A stretch of 63,862 bases of DNA, the filler included, from Squatina squatina (lineage: Eukaryota), in assembly GCA_031763465.1 (NCBI GenBank). It is 4 parts of 3 records of this genome, joined end to end, with 100 filler letters (N's around TTAATTAATTAA, not from the genome) between each part and the next. Parts side by side here need not be neighbours in the genome. Positions count along the whole stretch, not along the records: positions 29,164 to 46,811 come from JARFOE010000222.1; positions 46,912 to 63,862 come from JARFOE010000058.1; 2 more parts are not named here. One strand, written 5' to 3'. Made by a program: the position numbers and the translations under genes. Below the pieces are notes generated by a model. That model was not told the origin of the DNA. It did no database searches and worked only from the letters and a program-made list of their open reading frames with translations. Below, piece after piece: positions 39,661-51,012 of this stretch; the stretch's first letter is position 1, and each line of letters opens with the position of its first letter.

Positions 39661-40445
39661 CCATATCCTTCACTTTACCATTACCATCAAGCCAGGGGAC
39701 CAATCCTGGTTCAAGGAGGGATGCAGAAGAGCATGTCAGGAGTAGCACCAGGCGTACCTAAAAATGAGGTACCAACCTGGGGAAGCTGCAACACAGCACN
39801 NNNNNNNNNNNNNNNNNNNNNNNNNNNNNNNNNNNNNNNNNNNNNNNNNNNNNNNNNNNNNNNNNNNNNNNNNNNNNNNNNNNNNNNNNNNNNNNNNNNA
39901 CAACACAGACACATAAAACATTTTAAAAACTATTTTAACATTCAATAAAAAGGAGATAAATAACATTTTTTTTTAAATTTCAAAAAAAAAATTGTCTTTT
40001 AAAATGTTTAAAAACATACCTTTCTGGGAATGGTTTTAAAGTAATGTCCCATTAATTTTTTTAAATTAAAATTTAACATTTGTTATGATGCTAAAACCAA
40101 GCCGATACGCTAGGTTTAAACAAGCGTAAGAAGTTTCAAGTGATCCCCAGCAGAAGGCTTTGCAAAAATATCGCAAAGCTCTGTGCTGGGGATGGGCTTT
40201 GCAGCCTCGGCGTTGGATCTGTCCAGATGCGGGCTTACGATGTACAGCCCCATAACCGGCTTTTGCGATGTCTCCCCGGGTGCGTGGGAACATCGCAATT
40301 TCAGGGCCATTATTTTTTGATGCTCGTAAATACTGGATGATAAGATGCACTTATAATGTGCAATATCTCTATCGAGAAGCAGAAGGACCACTGCCATCCT
40401 TTAAAAACAACAGCTAGCATGACTAGCCTCAGAGAAATCTCTTAC

Positions 40446-40525
40446 CCTTTGCAAGCAGCAGGATTGAGAAAGACAGTGGCTTTCTTCACCTTGTCATTGA
40501 TAGGTAGAAGCTGGTTTCCATATTC
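40446..40525 (-). CDS. AGK: AGK exon (start of the DAGK catalytic domain); absent from the ORF track
   Basis: TTCTGTTCAG| and |GTAAG; 80 nt encoding EYGNQLLPINDKVKKATVFLNPAACK(G); VKKATVFLNPAACKG matches recalled AGK. Confidence 0.95.
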
Positions 40526-41358
40526 CTGAACAGAAACATAGGCAGTTTATCAAAGAAAGTACACATACTACAGAAGGGAAAGCAAAAATATCTCAGAAAA
40601 TCAGAAGGCTGGGTTTGCGTACTGTTCTTTCACCATTGGGACATGGGTCCCGATTCAGCCCTGATCAATAGATTGTACAGGTACTACACAAAGTGAGTCT
40701 GGGCAGTCTAAACCCAGATAACTATCACCAGATTGGTTCCACAAGTCTCAAGCTGTGGCTTCTGACAGATCTGATTCAGCACAGATTGGGGAAAGAAACC
40801 TGGAGCTTTCTGCTCTGTATGCTGTCGTGGTAAACCATTAGCTCGATACACTAGACTTTCAAAGGAATATGCACTCTGGCATGATTGGAATGAGTGTGTA
40901 ACATTGTTTTAGCCCACTAGTTTTATTCTGTTGAGTCGTGTGATTTATCTGTCCAGTCTAACTACAGTGAGATTTGATGAACCTCAGGGGAAAATATTGG
41001 ATTTCTGTGCATCTCACTCGAGGGTGGAAAAAAAATTACATTTCTATTTTATAAATTATTACGGGTTGAGTCTGAATAGTCATCCCTTACTTCAGATGTT
41101 TCCACCTTTTTACAAGAGCATAGAGAGTGATTACCAACTCACTCCCCTTCTCAAAAAGTGGAACATGCACAACAAAAGTGTGCACCAGCATTATCTCTCT
41201 CCTTTTTGCACTCTTTTGAAAAGTACATAAATTAATGTTTTTCACTTAATTCGTTCCTNNNNNNNNNNNNNNNNNNNNNNNNNNNNNNNNNNNNNNNNNN
41301 NNNNNNNNNNNNNNNNNNNNNNNNNNNNNNNNNNNNNNNNNNNNNNNNNNNNNNNNNN

Positions 41359-41708
41359 AGATGCTGAGAAGATGTTTCCCCTCGTGGAAAAATCTTGAAA
41401 TAGGGACCATAGTTTTAGAATAAGGGGTCGCCCATTTAAGATGGAAATGAGAAGGAATTTCTTCTCTCAGAGAGGGTCGTAAATCTTTGGAATTCCTTAC
41501 ACCAGATAGCTGTGAAGGCTAAGTCATTGAATATATTCAAGGCTGCGAAAGAGAGATTTTTGAACGACAGGGGAGTCAAGGGTTATGGGGAACAGGCAGG
41601 AAAGTGGAGTTGAAGCTGAAATCAGATCAGCCATGATCTCATTGAAGGGCAGCGCAGGCTTGAGGGGCCGAATGGCCTACTCCTGCTACTATTTTTTATG
41701 TTCTTATG
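41359..41708 (+). mobile_element. CR1 LINE 3' end
   Basis: Closely similar to 24750-25074; ends GGCCTACTCCTGCT..TATGTTCTTATG. Confidence 0.9.
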
Positions 41709-42752
41709 CATCTTCACGAGCAGCAATTTTATCTTCCTGAATTGGTTGGGGTCCCAGGATAAGATAGGTACCGGCCCATTACAGATGTACGGTTTGCATT
41801 TTTTAATGAAGCTCGTGCTATATGAAACATGGCTCCCTCTGCCTCTGCCTGTGATATTGCAGGGAATTGAGGACTATCAAATGTATTTGAAGGATGAGAC
41901 TACAGCTCTAACTCCTGAACAGCCTGCTGGTTCCAGGTCACAGGTTCAGTACAGGCATTCGCCCATTATTACTATTGACCAGTTTCAACATGTTGCTTTC
42001 CCAGATTAATTCCGGGTTCTTTACCTCACTACCTCTGAAGATAGGCTGGAGGGAGTGTGGATGACATCCCATCATAAGGGCGTGTGCTGTTTAGAATTTT
42101 GAAAGAACAGTGATTAACCAGTCAGACGGGTGTTGTTTTCAGGCGATGTGATCAGATGTATTTGATTGAGCAGATTGTCCTCCTCCCATTGATACTAAAT
42201 AACTCTCCCACCTCTGTCCGCAGGAGAGTTCCCCTAATGTTGATGACGAGACAGTTCTGCTGAGATGCACAGAAACATTTGATGATGATCTGTAACGAAT
42301 GGAGCTCTGCAAACAAATTCTCACCTAACCAGTGGCACACAAAGCAAGTGATTAGCTTGCAGCAAATCAGCCAAATATTACCAGAATTGCTCGTACCTAG
42401 CACCATGAAAGACCAGTTGACAGCATGCATTTTACTTGTGACCTTTTACTCAGTAATGTTTTCTTTCTGAGTTTGATAATGAGGAAGCAGCAGGCCCTAA
42501 GCAAGTTATATTTAGCACGTATGAGATTTATCTAAAATCTAGTCAATTAAATTAATTAGTGTTATTTATTCTGTACAAGGAAACAAATTTCAGACTGGAA
42601 TTTTTCTACGCAATGACAGCAGCCCATTGATTGCTGTAGGGAAGTGATTATANNNNNNNNNNNNNNNNNNNNNNNNNNNNNNNNNNNNNNNNNNNNNNNN
42701 NNNNNNNNNNNNNNNNNNNNNNNNNNNNNNNNNNNNNNNNNNNNNNNNNNNN

Positions 42753-43030
42753 GTGCAGTCCTTGTGGTGAAGATGCTCCCACAGTGCTGTTCGGGAGGGA
42801 GCTCCAGGATTTTAACCCAGTGACGATGAGAGAACGGCAATATATTTCCAAGTCACAATGGTGTGTGACTTAGAGGGGAACCTAAAGGTGGTGGTGTTTC
42901 CATGCTCCTGCTGCCCTTGACCTTCTAGATGGTGGAGGTTCTGGGTTTTAGGGGTGTTGCCAAAAAAGCCTTGGTGACTTGCTGCAGTGCATTTTGTAGA
43001 TGGTACACACTGCAGCCACGGTGGATGGAG
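42753..43030 (-). mobile_element. CR1/L2-clade LINE 3' fragment
   Basis: Same family as 13452-13674 (KSWSSLPNSTVGASSPQGL). Confidence 0.75.
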
Positions 43031-43414
43031 TGGTGAAAAAAGGTTGGATTTTGACAGCCTCCATTTTCTTTTTAGAAATCTAAGATGTAGCATTATTTGA
43101 CAATACCGTCTTGAATTATGTTCACGGATCAGGTTTTCATAAATTTTATTCCTTCCTTACAAGGAAAAGAACTACATTTTTAAATAGTGGGTGCTTATGA
43201 GATTATTGGTAAGTGTAGTTACTTAGCCTGACAGGGCCAATGAGCTGAATTAACATTAGCAACAAAATAAGAATTGTGTAACTTCAGTTGTGCATGCTAA
43301 TGTACCTGTCAGCCTCAGTAACTCCTCCCAGCCAGATGTTGTTAATTTAGTTCCTTCATACTCTCAGACTCAGTAACTCTGTAATATAATACCGTATATA
43401 ACATCATAGGCTTG

Positions 43415-44010
43415 AGCCTGGCAGAAACCCGTGGGCAGTTAAAATTTCCTGTGAGACAAACCCGCCGAGGTGCTGCTCTCTCCTCAAAGGTTCAGATTTT
43501 AACCTACTCTTCTGAAAATTGGCAAGGTCCTTCTTTAAATATGCAGATCGAGCTCCAGTGGTGTCACTGGGGTCGACTGCAATTTGATCCAGAGGCCTAT
43601 GCGGCACAGCTGTTAAGACTTTCCTGCCAGGCCGACTTAGCAGGAAGAGGAGTCAGGGTTAAAAGAGATCCGTAAAGGGAAGCCACTTTGCTTTTATTTA
43701 CTTTCCTTGTGGGGTCAGGATGAGCAGGAGTGCTCTTCCAGGCTCCACAAGGAAGGTTTAAACCTCCCAAACCGTTCTCTGGTGACATAGCTGAGTGATG
43801 GGCACCATTACTTCAGTCACCGGCAGAGGCCTCCTGCCACCTGTCATTCTGCTCCCGTCCATCAGCCAGCTGCCGTTTCCCGCCGGTTTGGGCTGGGAGA
43901 CTGAGATTATACGGATGAAGCCCGAGGGTTAAAATCTCTCAGGCCTCATGCTACTGAAGTCAGGACAGTTTGCCGTCCACACGACTGCCGCCTCGAGTTA
44001 AAATCAGGGT
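43415..44010. mobile_element. GC-rich non-autonomous element, probably Harbinger-related
   Basis: Shares GAGCAGGAGTGCT..CCAG and GTTAAAAT motifs with 29400-29440 and, in reverse complement, with ~53750-54010. Confidence 0.45.
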
Positions 44011-44136
44011 TTAGTATCTCGCACTGTTACACAGTTAATATCTGTCCACTACCACAGACTGTGAGATCACACAATGAAATGTCGCTGTTCAATACCGGAG
44101 ACTGTAATATCATAGAATTTGTCTTTCTGTGCTCAG

Positions 44137-44390
44137 GGCAATGGGGATTACCAACAGTCAGCCTTGCCGGTATTTTTGGAATGCTGGCTGGAGTGATCTC
44201 TTCAATGGTTGAGTCTGTCGGAGACTATCATGCCTGTGCTCGGCTCTGTGGTGCTCCTCCTCCTCCAAAAGAAGCCATTAATCGAGGGATTGGCATTGAA
44301 GGAATCGGTTGCCTCCTCGCTGGAGCTTGGGGCACAGGCAATGGGACCACCTCCTTCAGTGAGAATGTTGGCGCTCTTGGTATCACTAAG
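44137..44390 (+). CDS. SLC23A4: Solute carrier 23 (NAT/NCS2) exon, SLC23A4/SNBT1-like nucleobase transporter
   Basis: GCTCAG| and |GTAGAA; (G)[84 protein letters not shown]; the NAT motif starts with E. Confidence 0.85.
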
Positions 44391-45164
44391 GTAGAAACTG
44401 AAGAGACAAATGGGAGACAGGTTCCCTCAAATACCTGTTAACAATCTGTAAATAATTAAAGAAGAGGTTTATATTTATTTTAATATTATTTGAAAGGTAA
44501 TCACTGTTCCTTTATTTCTATTCTCTATTCGTATGCTTTCATCACTCAGTATGCCCACTGTGCTGCTCCATGATCAGCTGGATGCAAATGCACAAACAGG
44601 ACCTGCGACTGTGACTTTTCCTTCCAGACTTCCACTTGGCACCTAAGATGGTAGAACTCAGCTGGGTAACGGGTTGTAAGCCTTTGCCAGGGTCTGGCAC
44701 CATGCTTAGTTANNNNNNNNNNNNNNNNNNNNNNNNNNNNNNNNNNNNNNNNNNNNNNNNNNNNNNNNNNNNNNNNNNNNNNNNNNNNNNNNNNNNNNNN
44801 NNNNNNNNNNNNNNNNNNNNNNNNNNNNNNNNNNNNNNNNNNNNNNNNNNNNNNNNNNNNNNNNNNNNNNNNNNNNNNNNNNNNNNNNNNNNNNNNNNNN
44901 NNNNNNNNNNNNNNNNNNNNNNNNNNNNNNNNNNNNNNNNNNNNNNNNNNNNNNNNNNNNNNNNNNNNNNNNNNNNNNNNNNNNNNNNNNNNNNNNNNNN
45001 NNNNNNNNNNNNNNNNNNNNNNNNNNNNNNNNNNNNNNNNNNNNNNNNNNNNNNNNNNNNNNNNNNNNNNNNNNNNNNNNNNNNNNNNNNNNNNNNNNGC
45101 ACCATGCTTAGTTACAACAAGTTACCAACAAATGGTCTCCTACCAAAGTCATGTTTAATGCTAT

Positions 45165-45370
45165 AAACAGAAAATGCTGGAAATACTCAGCAGGTCAGGC
45201 AGCATCTGTGGAGAGAGAAAAACAGAGTCAACGTTTCGGGTCGATGACCATTCATCAGAACTGAATAAGGTTAGAGTTGTAACACATTTTAAGCAAGTAC
45301 AGAGCAGGGAAAAGTGGGGAGGGGAGAAAAGAACAAAAGGGAAGGTCTGTGGTAGGGTGGAAGGCAGAAA
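45165..45370 (-). mobile_element. Penelope-like element terminal (pLTR) fragment
   Basis: AACAGAAAATGCTGGAAATACTCAGCAGGTCAGGCAGCATCTGTGGAGAGAG..ACGTTTCGGGTC..TTCATCAGAACTG, recognised as a common elasmobranch Penelope end; weaker copy at ~49710-49780. Confidence 0.7.
45226..45262 (-). ncRNA. Minimal type I hammerhead ribozyme motif (degenerate)
   Basis: Minus strand AGUU-CUGAUGA-AU-GGUC-AUC-GACC-C-GAAA-CGUU-GACU: both core boxes, helix II GGUC/GACC, helix I AGUU/GACU and palindromic AACGUU helix III. Confidence 0.55.
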
Positions 45371-45612
45371 TTATGTGGCACAGTGGGTTCCAACCCAATG
45401 GGATGAAGTTCTCCTCTCCTGTCCTGTAATGCTCCAAAATAAAATGAGCTGGAAGCCATCTCAACTAGGTTCAAAATGTGCAATAACACCACTGTACAAA
45501 ACTCACAACTAATTGACAGTAAATTGGCCGTCTTACTCAGAAAAGAATGGCTGGTGTAGAAAATGGAAATTTTATCCCAGTGTAATCTCTCTCTCTTTCT
45601 GTTTGATTTCAG

Positions 45613-45777
45613 GTGGGGAGCCGTACAGTTATACTCACCTGTGGATTTCTAATGCTCTTCATGGGGTTATTTGTAAAAATTGGAGCAATTTTCAGCACCA
45701 TCCCACAGCCAGTAATTGGTGGAATGTTGATGGTGATGTTCGGAATCATCACAGCTGTTGGAATTTCAAATTTGCAG
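45613..45777 (+). CDS. SLC23A4: SLC23A4-like exon; correct frame absent from the ORF track
   Basis: TTTCAG| and |GTATAT; 165 nt, phase 0/0, encoding VGSRTVILTCGFLMLFMGLFVKIGAIFSTIPQPVIGGMLMVMFGIITAVGISNLQ; continues GITK|VGSR. Confidence 0.88.
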
Positions 45778-46290
45778 GTATATTGATGCTGTGCCAATTG
45801 CCTTCAGTTTTTCCAATTCACTAAACAACTCTATACNNNNNNNNNNNNNNNNNNNNNNNNNNNNNNNNNNNNNNNNNNNNNNNNNNNNNNNNNNNNNNNN
45901 NNNNNNNNNNNNNNNNNNNNNNNNNNNNNNNNNNNNACCCAAGTCTGCCCCTCGATCTATAAATAATTATGCATTCAGAATGACTGAAGAAATTTAAGTG
46001 TTCTTAGCACTTCGCCATTCAGGTAGAATTATTACCAATTCTTAACCATTTAAACTTTAGAAGCACTTGGCTTCACTCATTCCTTTGATAGCTCGACCAT
46101 GCTCTAATCTTGTGGACAAGTGCAAGCAGAATCCTATCTCCTGCCTCTTGGTATCTTCTCTGACCTTTTTCCTATCAATACCAAAGCAATGTGGAATTTT
46201 AACATTACTTTTATACAGTCGAGAAATTCTACTTGCTCTCAGTCAGCGTTCAATGGAAATTATAACATTGACAGATGTTCTGCTTCCCAG

Positions 46291-46386
46291 GAGTACTTCC
46301 ACTAGATCAAGTCATCCGTGTCCTTTTAACCACCAATATGTTTGTTGGGGGATTTTTTGGATTTATTCTGGATAATACTATACCAG
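46291..46386 (+). CDS. SLC23A4: SLC23A4-like exon (last TM region)
   Basis: CTTCCCAG| and |GTAAGC; 96 nt encoding (G)[31 protein letters not shown](G); LDNTIPG is an SLC23 hallmark. Confidence 0.88.
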
Positions 46387-46477
46387 GTAAGCTTCCTTCC
46401 CCTCCTGCCATCCTGCTATTTTGTAAGCAGTGAATTATCTTGAAACACTGTTAGATGCATGAGGCTGAAATCGGGTC

Positions 46478-46648
46478 AACATCACAAAAACAGATTGTCT
46501 GGTCATTATCACATTGCTGCTTGTGGGAGTTGCTATGTGCAAATTGGCTGCCGCCTTTCCCACATTACAACAGTGTCTACACTTCAAAACTATTTCATTG
46601 GCTTTGGGATGGCCAGTGGTCATGAAAGGTGCTATATAAATGCAAGTC
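46478..46648 (+). mobile_element. SacSINE1/DeuSINE-like 3' half
   Basis: Reverse-complement similarity to 22540-22700 (GTGCAAATTGGCTGC..CATTACAACAGTG.CTACACTTCAAAA..TATATAAATGCAAG). Confidence 0.75.
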
Positions 46649-46811
46649 TTTCTTTTATATTCCTCCTTTTCAAATATTTATGCCATCCCTTTTTAAATGA
46701 TGTTCTAATCTCTACCTCAATAGCTACTTGTGGTGAAGCATTCCATGATCTAATAGCCCTCAGTTCGATGGTTACTTCCCAGCCTCCCTCTCTCCCCCAA
46801 CCCCCATCCCG

Positions 46812-46911
46812 NNNNNNNNNNNNNNNNNNNNNNNNNNNNNNNNNNNNNNNNNNNNTTAATTAATTAANNNNNNNNNNNNNNNNNNNNNNNNNNNNNNNNN
46901 NNNNNNNNNNN
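46812..46911. other. Artificial scaffold linker
   Basis: N44 + TTAATTAATTAA (46856-46867) + N44. Confidence 0.97.
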
Positions 46912-47170
46912 ATAAATGTTGGCCAGGACACCAGCGAGAACTCCCCTGGTCTTCTTTGAAATAGTGCCACTAGATCTTTGATATCCACCTGAGAGAGCAG
47001 ACAGAGCCTTGACTTAACATCTCATCTGAAAGACAGCACATCCAACTGAGCAACGCTCCCTCAGTATTGCACTGGGAGTGTCATCCTCGATTTAGCACTC
47101 AAGTCTCTGGAGTGGGACTTGAACCCACAACTTTCTGACTCAGCGGTGAGAGTGCTACCCACTGAGTCAC
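46912..47170 (-). mobile_element. SacSINE1/DeuSINE-like SINE, 5' half
   Basis: Colinear with 22725-22975, including GGGACTTGAACCC and GTGCTACCCACTGAG. Confidence 0.8.
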
Positions 47171-47259
47171 AGCTGTCACACTAAGGTACCACCCTGAGGT
47201 GTAATTGAGATGATTTTGCTGCGGGCATTACCTCTCTCTAAGAGGCGATTGGAACTGAC

Positions 47260-47395
47260 CTCTTTGCCAAGCGATGCCGCCAGTTGCAGTGGTTTGTCTG
47301 ACATGAGGAACTCCCGCGTGGTTTCCGCTTTGGGCTGCACTGTGCTTTTCTCCAGTGAGTACTGTACCTTGCGGATAATCAGCTTCACTGAATTC
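47260..47395 (-). CDS. ARR3: Arrestin internal exon, probably cone arrestin (arrestin-C)
   Basis: GACAG| and |GTCAGT; 136 nt encoding (R)[45 protein letters not shown]. Arrestin family is clear; ARR3 is inferred from loss of the beta-arrestin APERPGPQP segment and from neighbouring genes. Confidence 0.65.
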
Positions 47396-50300
47396 CTGTC
47401 ATGTAAAACAAAACGACTCATCAATTCCAACTTGCCTCTGAAAATTAACGTTAGGTTTAATCCACACTCACTGAGGTGAAGAAAATGTAACTGTAAGGCG
47501 CCTAGAACTGGGTATTGATCATTGTTATTTAGTTTTCAAAGTTCCTCCCAGCTTACACTTTTCTCCGCTCCTTTCCAAAGACACCAACTGTTAGTAGGGT
47601 ACAGTTTAAAGGTCTCGGGTATTTTCCACAAGTCGTCATTCTTCATACATNNNNNNNNNNNNNNNNNNNNNNNNNNNNNNNNNNNNNNNNNNNNNNNNNN
47701 NNNNNNNNNNNNNNNNNNNNNNNNNNNNNNNNNNNNNNNNNNNNNNNNNNAAAGCCTCTATTGACATCCTGGCTGAGATCAGACATTGAACCGGGAACTT
47801 TCCAGTTTTCTACCATCAGGTGCTGCATTTATACACTGAATCATCGATGAAACCTTTCAAACTCCATGGAACAGGATTGAATGGAAAGATGTTTGGTCGA
47901 TTCGAATTTTCTGAGTGCTTGCTCAAACTCCCTTATTCCCTTGTGTTACTAACATTGTACAGGGGGATGGAATACACACACACACGGCACACCATCACTT
48001 CTGATTTCTAGATAATAGCCCCTCATTTACCCACCAACTGTGTCCACGGTGTCAACATGATCTACAAAGTCTCGCTTTCCCAGATAGAGTGAGATCTGTT
48101 GATAAAGGAAATAAGTGTTATTTTATACAAGCCTGTAACTCACTCTATGGCACTATACTGGAATATACATTATTGGCAAAAGTCAAAATTACTCCCAGTA
48201 TTTTCTGTTGCGAGAGTAATACTAGAATTCCATGTAGCCAACAGTACGATACTACAAATGTAGTGGTGAAATAAAAAGTCCCACAACAATATTACGGCAA
48301 AGGGAGTGAATGAAAACTTCAATCAGATTCTCAGACAAGGGCCTGAAGATACCAACCTTCTCATTCGGGCTTGTCTTTTTGAAGACTCTGTAAATTGAAA
48401 AATAAAGATTTACACACCCAACACATACCTTTCCAGCTATAATATTAAAATGGCTATTGCAATAAAACAAGCAGTCATTTAAAAATCGCATAAGCCCAAG
48501 GGCTCACCTGGTAAATGGACTATCATTCCTCTTTATGATGGCCCCTTAGGTCAATTCAAAAGTCTTGTCCAAAGGGAAAAAAAAGGCCAGATTACTTGAC
48601 CTTCCCTTGAAACTTAAACTTTGATAACTGGGATCATGTTTGTTATTTGTTTCTGTACTCTGCTAAGGGCACAAATATTCTTCCTATGATTCGGTGATCA
48701 GAACCATCATGCAGCCCTCCATATTCCGATGCAACACGATTATACTTGCTCTTGCAGATGTCACAGCTATATCTTATATGCTAACAACCCTGAGTTTGAA
48801 TGGTATTGTTGGTCCACAAAGCAAAAAGGTGTAGTCTCTGTACACCACCNNNNNNNNNNNNNNNNNNNNNNNNNNNNNNNNNNNNNNNNNNNNNNNNNNN
48901 NNNNNNNNNNNNNNNNNNNNNNNNNNNNNNNNNNNNNNNNNNNNNNNNNCAAAATCCTTCCACTCATCTATAATTCTGTTCAGGGCCTCGTCCCACCCAG
49001 TCTTTACAATCTCCATCAGCCTCACATCCCATTCCTAGTGGCTGCTTTACTCTGACTCCAGCAGTCTGTGTATTTCGCAACCCCCTCCCAACCCATCATC
49101 GGTGGCAGGGCCTTCAGCTGCCTCAGGCCTTATTTTCAGATTTCCCAGCCCTTGGAATGTTTCATTATGTTAAAGGTATCAGAAATTCAGGTTGTTATTC
49201 GTATCTGTTTTGAATCCATATCCAAATTAATCCAGTATTTGGGAAAAACATAACAAAATTGTATTTGGGTAAATCTACTCAAGTTACAGTTTGAAGATAA
49301 GAGCTAGCAATTCAGTCTGTCGTTCTGTGTCTAACAGGACAGGATAAAGTCTTAAAATAGGCCTCATCACAAAGAGCCATTTGATCTACTGTTTTTAAAA
49401 AAAATCTTTCTCAAGCAGGATCTGACTGTGGGCAGCTTATTCACACTGTACTATTGCTCAGTTTGTTTACTTTAAATCATGTGTAAATATTTAGCCATAG
49501 TTCGATAACCTGCTAACTCTCACTACCGAGACTCACAATACAAAACACTGAATTCAAAGAATACATATAGGAGCACCTCACACCCATGCTAAGTCACAGT
49601 TAAAACACAAAAGCTCAAGATAAATTTCAAAGTCACCGTGTAAATTTGGTGTTACTGGTTGAATTTGCTGCTCCTTTACATGAGGAGACAGCAGAAGAGA
49701 ATGAGTCAAAGTAAAAAGGAAGAATCTACAAATACTGGAAATCTGATTTGAAAACTGCTGAAAATGCATAGCAGGTCACCCCTTGTTTGAAAGAAAAAGA
49801 CAGGTCAGAGTAAAAATTGGTTATGGACCATTTCTGGGCGCATAACCGACAGGGTTCACAGAGCACGCTCCCCAACAGAGAGGTCCGAGGCTTGCCTGAG
49901 GGTGGGCCTCAGGACTCATTTCAATAATTGTGGTGGGCTGTTGGCTCCTGTCACATCTCCAGAGGCATCTTGCCCATTGCCAATGTCAATTTACGCCAGC
50001 AATTTACAGGCGTAACGAGGTCCTTTTGGGTGGGATCCAGCATCAGGACTAATCAGAACAAAGGAGGAAATAACGGGCAGAGGGTGAGTTCAAGTATTAT
50101 TACTTTCACAGGGAGACAAGTAATGGGTTTCATTGCTGGTAAGTGGTAGTACATGATGTATGCAGAGCATCATGCAATTTTAGTAAATACATATAATTCA
50201 TGCAGCTTTACCTTGTCTGGTAATTAACTTCAAAAGTGTAGACAATGCCGCTTCGACTTATTCCGACTGTAACAATCCCAATGTGTTGTGTGTCTATGAC

Positions 50301-51012
50301 TGTCACACTTTGTCTCTTTTCTTTATATACTTGGCCTCCCACTCAGAATTACAGTTTGAAATTGCCTCGACAGTTCTTTCATTCCAATCCTATTAAATTA
50401 TTAACTGGATAAAGTTTGTGTTATAAATAACTGCCTGTTTCAGAGCGACGAAGGAGTTTTGAAGAGGCAGAAGAGATGCAGAGATTATCCTGNNNNNNNN
50501 NNNNNNNNNNNNNNNNNNNNNNNNNNNNNNNNNNNNNNNNNNNNNNNNNNNNNNNNNNNNNNNNNNNNNNNNNNNNNNNNNNNNNNNNNNNNGGGGTATT
50601 TGGTGACGGGGCTGGGGCCATCCCTGGTCAGGGGGTTACTGCGGCCTGTCAGGGAGGAGTTGAGGTGCGGCAATAGCTTACAGCAGCAGAAAATCTTTGT
50701 GCGTTGTAAGAACTGCAGCAAGTAGCCCTGGGGGCTGATCTGGTTATGGGGCATTGGGAGCAGAGTGGCTGTTCAGACAGAGTCTAGTAGACATCTGAGC
50801 AATACTTTTGGATTGGTGTGCAGCAGAGATTTCCGTCGGTACTAATTGAAAATGGGTCTTGATCATGAGAATCCCTCTTTAGACAGCTTTAACAGACATA
50901 AATCCTCCTTCACTTACTCAAAACTATCTTGAACTGAGGATGAATGATAAACTTGCACAGCTTGAAGACTGCACACTTCATCTGAATCATACCTTTATTA
51001 TTTTGTTTTCAG

